In this document: in pieces, positions 12,557 to 26,064 of the stretch
Numbering within the stretch: the first letter of the stretch is position 1
Layout of the letters: every line of letters starts with the position of its first letter
Origin: Octopus sinensis
Taxonomy: Eukaryota
DNA length: 64,000 nt
Assembly: GCF_006345805.1 (NCBI RefSeq)
Contig: NC_043018.1
Span: 17,298,001-17,362,000, forward strand
Direction of reading: 5' to 3'
The notes under the pieces: generated by a model
Databases searched by the model: none
What the model saw: only the letters and a program-made list of their open reading frames with translations
Told to the model about the DNA's origin: nothing
Program-made: the position numbers and the translations under genes

Positions 12557-13091
12557 TAGGCAGAGAGAGAGATTATGATAACCTAAGCAACTACGCAGGC
12601 GTTAAGAGCTGATTTAACAGACTCGCTTATAAGCTGTCGATCGACGACCTGCTGAAAATATTATCTACATCTCCATAGAATCTCACTCTGTCATGTAAAA
12701 AAAAAAGGAAGTGTGAATTGAATGCTGCAATCATGCATAGATTATGCATATAAACCGTAGTGACTGTTATAGGACTTACTTTGATGTCATATCTCTTCGC
12801 TCAGGCTGACCTCTGGCTATACTAAAACGAAAAAAAAAACCAAAGATATAAAGAAACATTGAAACACATCAAATTTGTGGCTTGTCTTCGTAAAGTCACA
12901 AATCAATCGAGGAAATTCTATGCTATTTATGTGGCGTGCGTTCCTTTGTAAATAGCAATGTATTAGCGTTAGTGTTATAATTTTATCTGAATCAATTATC
13001 ACTAACAGAAAAGATCTGTTACGTACACCATGAAGTGCAGTGTTCCAGCTGTAATATGCTGAACCACTTAAAAGCTTATTACGCACACACA

Positions 13092-13146
<55 letters not shown>

Positions 13147-13289
13147 ACATAAACTCATACCCATATACACAGGCGCACACACACACTCACATATAGACAG
13201 CCACAAAACTACGCTTTTATACGTCAATCTCTCCAACGTCATGAATGAATATGCATGTATGAAGATATATATGTGTGGGTGCATATATA

Positions 13290-13340
<51 letters not shown>

Positions 13341-14550
13341 TATATACATACACCCCCCACACACATTTATATATATATATACAGACACACATATATATAT
13401 ATTATATATATATATACATACATACATATATATATATATATAAATATATATACACATGTATGTATGTTTGTATGTATGTATGTATATTGCCATGTAACAA
13501 GCTATAAGCAATTACTATGCATTAGACCCAGTCCCACTCATGTTTTATTATTATGAATATATGTCGTGTTAAGTAGATCGATTGATTGCTACATTATGGA
13601 ATGAATATAATAAACATGCCAATTGTATATTGATTAACAATAAATTATAGGTAAAGCTACGTATTTCATTTCCTTGCACACGCCATGACACACTGAAGGC
13701 AACTAAACTATCCTCTGTTCGTTAAAGCGCGTAAAAGCACAGCGACGTGCATGTGTATTATATTAAATAACACATTTATTGATGAACCAAAAAGGGAAGG
13801 ACTATTTTCTTGTTCAAAATGCTATTAATCTCTCTCAAATCAATTTCAACCTTCTTAAATAAGGAAATAGAAAATATCATTGCATAATGGAGTCCAAATA
13901 CTTTACAAAATGCATTGGAATAGGGCTGGATATCTCGGCTGGAATTCTGTTGGTTAAAACCTTTGCTGCAGTACATTATGCAAATGGTGCTGCTGTTTAA
14001 CTAAATAACTCTATCGAATACTTAACTGGAATTATTTATGAAGAGGTTTTAAGTTTGTCTCTCTGGAGAGAGATCATGGCAAATAACCATAAGAACAATA
14101 ACGTATTTTATTGAATTGCTTTTTATAAATATACGACATTGTATTCTAATTCAGCGGAAATTATTTGTTTATTTTGGATATTGCATGATTTATATGACAC
14201 CGAACTGTATTCCTCACTCACAAACGTCAAGACATATAATCATCAAATATATGCGTGTAAATTTGGCGGCTGAGTGAATGACGGTGCGTGTGTGTGTCTG
14301 TGTGTGTTTGGTGGAGTCATTAGAAATTCATTTATACACAAAACAACATTCTAAAACGATTTGTGTTATTTTTTTTTCAGACTAATCTTTTGTTTATCCG
14401 ATGTATTTAGTTATCAACTACGATGTTACTACAGTTGTTATTCTAAACTTTAGTTATGTATTTTATAGATAACTAAATCAAAATTTTAGTATAATAGAGT
14501 TTTTCGTTTGGTAGTTATCCTTTCTATATTCCTAGCTTGCTCATCTCATA

Positions 14551-14894
14551 GGCGCATGGCTCATGGCTCAGCGGTTAGAGCGTCGAGCTTACGATCGTGA
14601 GGTTGTGAGTTCGATTCTCGGATCGGGCTGCGTGTTGTGTTCTTGAGCAAAACACTTTATTTCATGTTGCTCCAGTTCACTCAGCTGTAGAAATGAGTTT
14701 CGTCGTCACTGGTGCCAAGCTGTATCGGCCCCTTTGCCTTTCTCTTGGATAACATCAGTGGCGTGGAGAGAGGAGGCTGGTATGCATGGGCAACTGCTGG
14801 TCTTCTATGAAACAATCTTGCCCGGACTTGTGCCTCGGAGGGTAACTTTCTAGGTGCAATGCCATGGTCATTCATGACCGAAGGGGGTCTCCTC
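14551..14894 (+). mobile_element. tRNA-derived SINE family B with a CORE/V/Meta-like central motif
   Basis: A-box TGGCTCAGCGG, B-box GAGTTCGATTC, central CTTGAGCAAAACACT..CACTCAGCTGT; 11-bp TSD CTCATCTCATA at 14540-14550 and 14895-14905. Confidence 0.9.
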
Positions 14895-15044
14895 CTCATC
14901 TCATATCATCTCTCAGCTGTGTTCACGCCTACGATGTCCTTGCTCCACCCAAAATTCAATTCTTCCTTTAATCTCTGCGTCGCGTTAGATTCTCTTTAAT
15001 CTATTTACTCTTAATACATAATTATTTTGGTATCATGTCACATT

Positions 15045-15411
15045 CATGATCATGCAGGTGGGGTCCAGTTAGAATTTTATTCAGTTTGAGCAGCCCATCT
15101 CACCCAAAAGGTCACTGAATAAGGGTTATTTAAGGATGTTGAACAAAACACGTTTCCAGATGTGAATTTTTCAAACCTTAAATAATTCCTCTCAATATAT
15201 GGCTATGATGCTTTCGCACTATTTCTGCTTTTGGATAGAAATGCACATATCGTCAGCCACTAAGGAACATGCTCAACTGGTTAAGGTCAAACAACTAACA
15301 ATCAAATCTATGGTACTGAGAAGAATATTTGCTATAGCCCATCATTTATACCAAGACAAAACACTATATGATAACACTTTCAAATAGTTAACATCAGTAG
15401 TCATGAGAGTC
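15045..15411 (-). mobile_element. Unclassified dispersed element X, partial copy
   Basis: Colinear with 46570-46940, including long identical blocks such as GCACATATCGTCAGCCACTAAG and CAACTGGTTAAGGTCAAACAACT. Strand is inferred from the (TAA)n tail of the full copy. Confidence 0.85.
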
Positions 15412-15412
15412 T

Positions 15413-15455
<43 letters not shown>

Positions 15456-15469
15456 CCATCACCACCACT

Positions 15470-15504
<35 letters not shown>

Positions 15505-15562
15505 TATCATCATCATCATCGTCATCATCATCGTCATCATCATCATCATCATCACCATCACT

Positions 15563-15599
<37 letters not shown>

Positions 15600-15705
15600 C
15601 CATCACCATCACCATCACCATCATCATCACCATCACCATCAACACGATCATCATCACCATCACCATCACCATCACCGTCACCATCATCATCACCACCATC
15701 ACCAT
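15412..15705. repeat. (CAT)n/(CAC)n microsatellite
   Basis: Direct reading; source of the poly-His ORF 15403-15756. Confidence 0.97.
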
Positions 15706-16281
15706 TGTCTTTATTGTAGTCGCTATAGTGCTTTTGAGTTCGCTGTCTATCATTGAAATGCCTCTCACTGCAACTGGCTCAGCCTAAATGGATTGAACGA
15801 AAATAATTCTTTGCATATTACTTCTGGAACGTTTGCAAGTATAACATTTTGCCTTTGGGCGAAAAGAAAATAGTACTTTACGAAGCAAAGTTGAAGTTTT
15901 GTAGCTATATACATTTCCGTCAAATACATTTCAATATGCTTGCTTTAAATAAGGAGCTGATAAAATATGTTTGCTCCACTGATGCTAGCAAAACTATAAA
16001 TAGAAACACCACTCAGATACAAGACATAGATATTGAAAGATTTATAAACACAGAAATCAAGCAATAATCTACAGCAAGCAAGCAATAGATATCCTCAAGC
16101 CTAGACTCGATTAAATAAAAAATTTGCCAAATTTTGGCCAAATTTTGGTTTTAATATATAACTTTGTCGATTTCCTCTTTTTTCTGAGTATTTGTTGTGT
16201 ATATGCATGTATAGATTTATGTATACATGCCTGTATGTATGTATCTCTCTTTCACTCTATCTCTATCTATCTATCTGCCTA

Positions 16282-16344
<63 letters not shown>

Positions 16345-16370
16345 ATATATTATATATGTATGTATGTATG

Positions 16371-16428
<58 letters not shown>

Positions 16429-17116
16429 CAAGTACGTGATTGTTTTTAAAAATAGAATGACTTATTATTGCCGTTGTTGATAATATCAAAATAGTTATCA
16501 CCAGCTTCATCTCCTCCTCTTCTTCCTTACCATCATCATCGTCATCATCATCATCATCGTCATCATCATCCCCTCACAGAATTTAGCATTGACGTGTTTA
16601 CATGTTGTATCAGTTGATATTGGCCCTCTACTAAAACACAGGAAGTTATAAATAATAAAGACCAACAGACATAGATAGATAGATAGATAGATAGAGAGAC
16701 AGAGACCGAGCGAGAGGAGGAAGGAGGGATGGAGGGAGACAATCTGCGTGTCAGATAAGCAGCAACAAAAGTAGTGAATTTGTGAAATGACTGATGCGAT
16801 AAATCACCTTCGATGATCTGGAAATAGAAAAAGGCGTTCGTAAGAGAGAAACAGTTGAATGTAAATATAATTATTATGATAACATAGATAAAGGTGCAAG
16901 AAAAACTGATAAGGGGAAGGGAAACAAATTAAAGTTTACGAAATTTGCTGAATATACAAAAATGCAAATCGGTGAAGAAGCGGAAATATCATTAAGTAAA
17001 ATGCCTTAGCGCATTTTCTTTGCATGATTTTTATGTCTTGTGCTCAAATCACACAACGGCCCCAATAATCTAGGTATTCTATTTGATATCACTAATATTA
17101 GCTTCGCTAAAAATTA

Positions 17117-17503
17117 GTAGTAGGAGCACTCCGTCGGTTGCGACGATAAGGGTCCCTGCTGATACGATCAACGGAACAGCTTGCTCGTGATATTAACGCG
17201 CAAGTGGCTGAGCACTCCACAGACACGTGTACCCTTAACGTAGTTCTCGAGGAGATTCAGCATGACACAGAGAGTGACAAGGCCGGCCCTTTGAAATACG
17301 GGTACAAGAGAAACAGGAAGAAAGAGCGAGAAAAATTGTGGTGAAAGAGTACAGCAGGGTTCACCACCATCCCCTGCCGGAACGTCATGGAGCTTTAGGT
17401 GTTTTCGCTCAATAAACACTCACAATGCCCGGTCTGGGAATCGAAACCGCGATCCTCCGACCGCGAGTCCGCTGCCCTAACCGCTGGGCCATTGCGCCTC
17501 CAC
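17117..17503 (-). mobile_element. SINE family A, long tail type 1 (tRNA-Arg-like head; resembles octopus OR-type SINEs)
   Basis: A-box TGGCCCAGCGG, B-box GGTTTCGATTCC; 12-bp TSD CGCTAAAAATTA at 17105-17116 and 17504-17515. Confidence 0.95.
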
Positions 17504-17964
17504 CGCTAAAAATTAATGTCTAAAGAACGAAGTATTTCCCATGATTGCTTTGTTTTTCTTCAGCTGTACATTTAAATATATTTCTTATTCGAATCCACAG
17601 CCACACGTCTGGGGTGTTGTGTAATTATTTACCCCATGGATGTCACATGAAAATTACTTTATTTTATCGGACCCATAATCATTAAAGACATCTTTAACAT
17701 TGTCATCTTTCGAACACCTAAAAATATTTCTGTCTCAACGCATTTTACTGATCAATTGAATAGATAAATAACACCATGTGAAAACATTTTTTTTGTTTAT
17801 TATCTTCTCTTTATCAGTAAATGTTATTTCCCATTCGCTTTTTCAATTTTGAAAATCAAAAGAAATTACTAGTTTTCCTGTCAAACGTTGCTTTTGTCAC
17901 CTGGACAACAATGCGTTGAAACTCACCTAATTCCCATTGCATTCCACAAAAGATTCGCGGCTGA

Positions 17965-18160
17965 TTTACTGAAGCATATATGTCGTTATAGCAAACGTTC
18001 TGATACATAACACAGATTTGCTTGGCAGTTGCTTGACTTAACCACTTGAACATGTCTCTTAATTACTGTCAAGATGTGCAGCTCCCAACACAAGCAGGCG
18101 TATTTATGGAGCATCATAGCCATCTGTTGGCTGGGATTCATTGGGGTTTGAATAAATCTC
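17965..18160 (+). mobile_element. Element X, old diverged partial copy in opposite orientation
   Basis: CACAGATTTGCTTG..GGAGCATCATAGCC..TTGGGGTTTGAATAA matches the reverse complement of 46690-46870. Confidence 0.75.
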
Positions 18161-21100
18161 TAACAAAAGCAAACTTTGAAGGTAATATTAGCCGTTCTTC
18201 ATAATTTCTAAAGATAAGCAAATAGAAAAATAACAGTTGCTATCCAAGGATAAAATCGTTTTACACAGTGCAATCAAACACATTCTACAACTGACCATAT
18301 TGTATTTGTGGTGTTTTTATGTGGGATTTTATTAGCTAATATGTTCCTTTTTCTTTTGTTTTTTATCTGGATGGGAGTAGTTTGAATCATGCTCGGTTAC
18401 CTTTTCAAGGAGAGGGACTTATCTCGTAGAGGTTCCTAGGAAGATATTGTAGCTCTAGGGTTTGAAAAACAACTAGGAGCCATATATCTTAGGCATGAGC
18501 CACATTCAAGTCTTCAGATAACGAAACAAATTCTTTTGACAAACAGTTCTTCGGGGACTGACCAATGTTCTAATACGACAATATGTGATCATGTATAATA
18601 AGTCATCAATCAGCATGACGCTTAATGAACGTAATGATATAAAAATTAAATGTAATTAAACGAAATTCTTGAGTTAGAAATTCCTTCGGGACTTGTGAGT
18701 TGATAATATTCAAATTAGGTCACTACGTTTAATCGGAACTAACGAGATAAAAATGATACGTTGGTCTATTGATTTTACTAGTGGCATAAATATTAATGTC
18801 AGCAAGAAAACACGAATGATGTATAAGTATGGAAGCTGGCAAGAGAACAATATTGCTTACAAAATGATAATAACAATCATACAACATATTTTTTATGCTA
18901 ATTCCTTGAACAAGGAAGCAATTAGAATGCAATCATCGACGTGTCAAGATGTGTAACATGTCGATACTTAAATAGAGGTTTGATTCCGTAAGTTTGACGG
19001 TTGTACTCCTTAATATCCAGAGCGAAATAGCCATGGCTACTTTCAGTTTATACATCTTATAGTTAACCTTCTTATCACAGACGAACTAAATCACTGTCTG
19101 CCCACCCGGAACATATATTCTCATTCTTCGTATATTCTAGTATAACTCATTCATTGCAATTTAATCAGCATTTCGATTTCAGTTCATTTCATTTCTTTTA
19201 TGACATTTCATAATCAGTAAATCAAAATAATCTCACAACTAAAATAAGATGGAAAGGCATTCAGTTTTCTTATTTTGATTATAATACCACCATTTAATTT
19301 ATAGGGATAATACCACACAAAATTCTGGTGCCTTTAACTTCATCTGAATATTTCAGGTCCACATCACACACACACACACGAACGCGCGCACATAGATATA
19401 CATACAATGAGAGAGCGGCAGAAAAATAGTGAGAGAGAGAAAGAGAGAGAGGAAAGATTTACAGACATTGATTACTGAAAGAAATTGTTTCGTTGTCTGT
19501 TGACTTTTTTTTTACCGTTATATGAGGTCAAGAACCAAGCGCCTCTGCATCATTCTTCTGCAGTATAAAATTTTAAAGCCAAGGTTTTGATGGAGGTTTT
19601 TTTAAAGAATTGGAAGCAACCAAAGTATTACTGGAGTAAATTTATTAGTTTGTCAGATTCATTAGCATATAATACTCACTAGCTGAATGGCAGGAAGTTT
19701 ATGTTAATGAATAAATTCGTATGATTTTTGACGAAACGTAATATTAATGTAGTTTAATCAGACGATACCTGTTAAATGTGTAACAGGCGTTAATTTTTAC
19801 CACTTTCATTTAGAGTTTAAGTATTGAAACGTCATTCTTGTGGCAGAATATGCGACAGTTTTTTTTTTATTTTAACTGCAGTGAGTGAAATGTTATGAAA
19901 ATGGGATTATGTTTGGAGGTGAAGTGAAGTATTTAGTAGAACAGAAATTATATTGGCTATGAAAAGTTCGAAGGTCTTAACTGTGTGCTTCCTTGTACAC
20001 TGAATCTACAAACGATTGAATATTTGCTGTATTCTATTCTACACAAAATCTATAAAACGGACGAGCGAGAAAAACGAAATTATACGATGTCTAATAGATT
20101 CCATACAATACTTGATAAATTTCAGGCAATTTAAGATTCGGTTGACTAATTAAAATTAAGAACGAATAAAGTGTCAAGAAAGGTGATGGTAGATTGCAGT
20201 AAATGATTTAAAATAACTTTAAAAGTCATTAATGGAATAATTAAATTAGAAGAGAAAATTAGGCAAATATAGGAAACTTTTATATATAATTTAAACGGCA
20301 ATAAGCAAACATCATTAATTGATATATAGTCGTGTAAAATAGAATAAGTTAATTGGATGAGGAATTGAGAAAAGTAAATGATTGATGAGTAAATAAGTTT
20401 CTGCTGTACTTATAATTTAGTGTGAGCGATAGAAAGTTTACTTTCAAAAACATCAAAGTCTTTTAAATTTTAGGTGAGCTGAAAAATAATGGGTGCAATT
20501 TTGAAATGGGAGAAGAAATGTGAATTAAATTAGCAACAGGTGCAAAATAAAAAAAAAAGACAGAGAAGCAAATAATTTAATAAGTGTTAAAATGAAAAGT
20601 TTTATGGGTTAACTTTGTTGTAGGATATATGAGAAGTGCAGGTATATAAGAGAAGAACCACATATTAACATGAACAGTATTAAACATATAAAGATATACA
20701 ACAAAACTGTGAGAATATAAGTATTGAAAAGCTAGAATTGTCTATAAAATGAACCAGAAAATAATTTGAGTTATGTGGTATGTTATGTTTAGTTAAGTTA
20801 AGAAAGTTTTCATACAAAAGTAATAATAGTAGAGTGATTTGTATTGTAAGCTGTATTTATTTAGTGCAAGTTTTAAATATGTCTTAAATAATGTTTGTCG
20901 TAGAATAATTCTTTCTGCATAATTGCTAAGGATTAAATATTGAATATTACAATAAATTTAAGCACTTAAAACTGGACGTCCTACACCTACACAGCATTAG
21001 ATTCTTTAAAAGCCCCTGAAGCAAATTTAGATAATAAGTCTTGTACACGTTTAATTGACTGCCATATTTCTATCTACACATGTATGATTTACTACTTCTA

Positions 21101-21711
21101 TTGCTCTTTCCTTCATTTCAATTATAATTTGAAATATTCTGTATTTCCACCTGTATTTTCACAATCTACTCGACTTCAGTTGCTCCTGGGTTTACTGGTC
21201 TTCTTCCAATGCATCCACTAAATAAGATTCTAAACATAGAAACACTCTAATTCATGGCCAAGTATATATATGTATTCTACTTTGGACAACACGTCAAACT
21301 ACCTTAATTAGCTTTACCACGTTTTGCGATATGAGCACAACTTAACATCCTTTTCACAGGTTCGCCATTACATAGAACATGGAATATTACAGGGGAAATT
21401 ATACATTCAAAAACCAAATAATTACAGCTCAAGGGAATGAAATAAAACTTTAATTATATTTTTAAGTATAAGTATTAAACGCTATAATTGGCTTCGAAAC
21501 ATATCTACTATTCAAGAATTGCCAGGCAATTTGTATCACTTATTCTGTACTTATATTTTTCATTGCTTTTATTACCTAAATTACGTAAATGCTGTTTAAT
21601 GCCTCGGCTCCAAGCAACTTTTCTGGAATTAAATTATTGTCTTGACGTAAAGCTTCCAACAGTAAAAGAAGCTGAGTTTTATTGTGTGTGAACACTCAGT
21701 TAACAAAAGTA

Positions 21712-21751
<40 letters not shown>

Positions 21752-21754
<3 letters not shown>

Positions 21755-22033
21755 AAGAAAGAAACAAACAAACAAGCAGGGACTCCAACCACGTTTCGTG
21801 GATTGTTACCTCAACAGATCCTTTATAGGATCCAGTGGCTAAAGATATCATCAGGAACAACCACGCCCGGTGAAAGAGTACAGCAGGGATCACCACCATC
21901 CCCTACCGGAGCCTCGTGGAGCTTTTAGGTGTTTTCGCTCAATAAACACTCACGACGCCCGGTCTGGGAATCGAAACCGCGATCCTATGACCGCGAGTCC
22001 GCTGCCCTAAACACTGGGCCATTGCGCCTCCAC
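21752..22033 (-). mobile_element. SINE family A, tail type 3
   Basis: Shares the head and body up to CTGTACTCTTTCACC, then carries an unrelated ~125-nt tail ending in (TTTG)/(TG) repeats. Confidence 0.9.
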
Positions 22034-22435
22034 TGTGTATCTATATGCGCAGCAATACTTTATGTAACGTTCTGATCGTTTTGTAATACTTGATTGTTTG
22101 GCACACTTCTAGTTATAAATACAAAATCCACAGTACACTATGTGATACAGTTTATGGAAAACGCTTACGCCGGCACAGATTTTCCATTAATCACCCCGCA
22201 CAACTTCCACTTTCTAAACGTAATTCTTCCATGTTTGCGAAATCGCAAGTATTTTATGCAGTGAAGAAATTGATATTTGTAGTCAGTCGAAATAAATTTA
22301 CGGAATAAAGTTACGGAAATAAATCTGAAGTTCCTAATAAAGAATTCATGGATTTCCTTTTTCTCAGACTTTAGGTTTTGCGTAAGTAAAATTGTTACTG
22401 CGTTGGATGAATGTTTTGCAAAATTTAGTTACTAT

Positions 22436-22640
22436 AAGGAGGCTAGCAGGCAGAATCTTTAGCACGCCGGTCTAAACGCTTAGCGGCATTTCGTCCGTCT
22501 TTACGTTCTGAGTTCGAATCTCACCGCGACCAATTTTGCATTTGACCCTTTCGAAGTTCATAATATATGTACCAGTTGAACACCGGGTTTGATATAATCG
22601 ATAGAGACCATATTGCATGGCCTTCTGCTAAAATTAGAAA
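22436..22640 (+). mobile_element. SINE family D, diverged, alternative tail
   Basis: GGCAGAATC..ACGTTCTGAGTTCGAATC..CCTTTCG colinear with 9000-9170. Confidence 0.75.
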
Positions 22641-23771
22641 CGAATAGTTCGCTGACACAGTTAGTTTTACATTTCATCAGTTTTATGATCAGGAGAATTC
22701 TAATAATTCATGTTACTCGTTTCGGTTCGGATTTGTAAACTCACAAATATGGACATCAGAGTGCGTGTGTGTGTGCTTGCGCGTGCCATTTACAACATCC
22801 TGAAAATCTGCACTTCAATTTTTATTCATTTGGCCCCTTTCCCTATTCAAATATTTTCTGCGCACTCCTATATCTCGTTCTCATTCAACACTACTCCCTA
22901 TCCCTCTCTCTCTCTATCTCTCTCTCTCACCATTCTCTTCATTGTTACTCATCATACGCAACATTACTTTCACCCACCTATTTAATATTTTTATAGATCA
23001 TATAATTTATATTCATCCATACAAGTGCAACAGAACCAAGAAAGCAGCAGACAACATCCGGTGGGGTTAGTTAGCCTTGTTCTCATCTTACAAAACAGAA
23101 CCTATTATTAGAATGTATGACGGACGCCATAACAGTCGTTATAGATTTTTGTTGAATAACATGGCGTAGCTTACACCTTCCTCCTTCCTATCTCCCTCAT
23201 CTAATAATTTCCGGTGTTATAGTTTAGACAAAAAGCCATTACAGCGAGAATAATGAATTAGCTGTGGTGAAAGAGAACAAGCAAGTTTATAATTCATTTA
23301 TCGTTCTACCTATATTATTGTAAGCTTATTTATTTTCATTTTCTTTCTCTTTTAGCACAAACGAATTTAGAAAAGCAGGGAGTTTCAAAATCGATTTGCA
23401 CACAGGAAAACTAACGATGATGGATTTCAGAGCCACGTATACGTCTATATAACTGAAATAAGGTAATGAAACCACCGGAGTCCGCTTCCTTGAGCAAATC
23501 CTTTGACATCGAAGACGGATACTCATCCGTAATGAATCAGAGTGACAGAGATATTTGCCCTATATAATGAAAGTGAAGTAGAGGTATGTAACCACTATAA
23601 GGACATATGTCCCCTTAACTTTGATCAATACAACCTGAAACCAATGTCACTTCAAATCACGTGTTACCATTTCAATAACATCGTTCTTTAATCTTTGTTT
23701 AAAAACGAAAAGACTTGATGGTCCAAAAAGCAATGAATTTCGCCATCGCTTAGTTTCCTCGGATTTGACTA

Positions 23772-24400
23772 TACTGGTCAACAAAATTAAATGTATTTTA
23801 CTCATTATGAATACACATATTTTTTTAGACTAATTTTTCATGCTGATTTCAAAGCTTCACTCCATTTGTATGCCGCACATATCAGATTTTTCAGTAGATA
23901 TATGCTAATATTTACACATTTGTATATATGAAATCATTAATGTAATGAATAAAGACATATTCTGTTTAGAAAGTAAATTAGTTTATTAAGTTAAAACTCA
24001 TCACTATCATTCAACAAAGAGTGAATACATAAAAAAATGGGTCGGACAAAACAAAGTTAGAACTACAGAATTAGAAACATTGTGATTTGGATTTTCTGCA
24101 GTGTTCCCGATCTGATTGTTCAGTAGTAGTCAGCTAGTATACGGTCCTTCCAGAAGGCTTGGTACCGTTTCTCCATAGCACTAATGTCCAGGTGAAATTT
24201 TTCACCATCTTCATCCGACACTGCTCCAAGGTTATCTGCGAAGAATGGAACATTAAAAACGACACGAAGCACACCTTGACATATGTTTGATGGAAAATAC
24301 TTGTTGACCAACGAACGCTATCGGCAGCAGAAATCCTGCACCATTTCTCGGTGATTCAGTTTGTCAAGAAATCCCATCCATTTTACATCTAAAATTATTA
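23772..24400 (-). mobile_element. Chapaev3-like (CMC superfamily) DNA transposon 3' remnant
   Basis: Minus-strand ORF 24120-24311 contains FFADNLGAVSDEDGEKFHLDISAMEKRYQAFWKDRILADYY, matching the motif FFPENLGAVSDEHGERFHQDI..MEKRYQG.W...LADYCW. Putative terminal repeat (T)ACTGGTCAACAAAATT at 23772. The superfamily name is from memory. Confidence 0.75.
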
Positions 24401-24688
24401 TTCTGGTGATACGAAAATATAATTTACAAACGTGAGTATACTGTACGTCTAAATATTCAGTTGATGAGGAGTGTGGCACGTAAAATAATGATTATCATAG
24501 ATACTGTTGACAGTTATATTTCGTGTGGGGGCCTTACTGCATGCAATTAATTATAACCTGAACTATTCTTATTCAAGAAACTGATCTCTGCCGCACAAAC
24601 TGCTACATGTACAACAATAAAATTGTTTAATTAGAAGCGACGAGTACTGGACTGCAGCTGTCGGTCGTTTATGAATCGTTTGCAAATA

Positions 24689-25192
24689 TTGGGTGGTCCA
24701 GAAAGTCCGTGCTGATTTATAGTAGCTTGTCTTTCGACTTATTTTAGAACATAGTTGAGTCCATAAAATAGGATTTGACTACACCTCCATTTAGAGCACA
24801 GTGTAAGCTATCTTTTCGTGGAAGAAGGTTTATGTTCTTATAACCTGTGTTAATTCTGTAACCTTTTAAAATGCAAGAAAGTTCATTTTCGGCAAGTGAT
24901 GCTTGGGATCCAGACAAAAATTGCTGCAGCTCGGCTGGGATGTGTTACCCCCACCCTCCATATTCACCATATTCTCCTTCGTATTTCCTCTTATTCAGGT
25001 CCCTGCAGAATAACGTTAATGGTAAAAATTTCAATTCCTTGGATGACATAAAAAGATACCTTGATAAATTCTTTGCCATGAAATCACCTCAATTCTGGGA
25101 AGAGGGTATTTTCAACTTAAAGTAAAGATGGAGACACATTGTGCAACAAAATAGTTCGTATTTAGCTGATTAAAAAAGCCATGACAACCCAA
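24689..25192 (+). mobile_element. Internally deleted mariner transposon
   Basis: Reads QKLLQLGWDV.PHPPYSP..PSYFLLFRSLQNNVNGKNFNSLDDIKRYLDKFFAMKSPQFWEEGIF.LK*RWRHIVQQNSSYL, the mariner C-terminus with a YSPDxAPSD-like motif. Ends are TA|TTGGGTGGTC and GACAACCCAA|TA. Confidence 0.92.
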
Positions 25193-25674
25193 TAGTTCAG
25201 CCAGTGAAATTTGATCACACGGATTCTTCTCATTGAATTCTTACATCTCGTTTCATCTCATTCGCTGTTTCCGACAAAATGAGTTTCTCTGTGAATTTAG
25301 TGGATTGTTTTAGAGATAAATCATAGGAAACAGTCAGCATGTTGTCGTGGTGACAGATACAAACCAGCATTAACCTCGATGACATGTAATATTTCAAATG
25401 AATAATTTATATCTTCATAAGTAGAGGAATTCGGCAGCTGTTTCAAAAGTCAACAACAAATGGATCATAGAACTTACCCAAGCCATAGGCTTATAAGACA
25501 GATTTTCTAGATTCTGTGGCAATTATAAAATCTAAAATACATCCCAGGGAAACCGTCATTTAATATGTTATGAACGAAAAACAATATTCTTTATACATTG
25601 AATACTCCCCAGTCATTATTCTGAATTGCCTAATTAGGGAAGGGATTTTTACAAATACTCATTACTTTCTCAGT

Positions 25675-26064
25675 GTGGAGGCGCAATGGCCGAGTGGTTA
25701 GGGCAGCGGACTCGCAGTCGTAGGATCGCGGTTTCGATTCCCAGACCGGGTGTTGCGAGTGTTTATTGAGCGAAAACACCTAAAGCTCCACCAGGCTCCG
25801 GCAGGGGATGGTGGTGGTCCCTGCTGTACTCTTTCACCACAACTTTCTCTCACTCTTACTTCCTGTTTCTGTTGTACCTGTATTTCAAAGGGCCGGCCTT
25901 GTCACTCTCTATGTCACGCTGAATATCCCCGAGAACTACATTAAGAGTACACGTGTCTGTGGAGTGCTCAGCCACTTACACGTTAATTTCACGAGCAGGC
26001 TGTTCCGTTGATCGGATCAACCGGAACCCTCGTCGTCGGAACCGACGGAGTGCTTCCATCCCAG
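25675..26064 (+). mobile_element. SINE family A, long tail type 1
   Basis: A and B boxes present; 10-bp TSD TTTCTCAGTG at 25666-25675 and 26065-26074. Confidence 0.95.

Noticed and set aside
15394-15768. Poly-His / poly-Met ORFs (also 4079-4615)
   Set aside because: Translation of (CAT)n/(GAT)n; no splice context or non-repetitive coding sequence.
23505-23535. GAAGA-CGGAT-ACTC-ATCCG hairpin resembling a hammerhead stem II
   Set aside because: Core reads TCGAAGA and GTAA instead of CTGANGA and GAAA.
25675-25750. SINE A heads as tRNA-Arg genes
   Set aside because: The cloverleaf is incomplete and the heads continue into a repeated body with TSDs.
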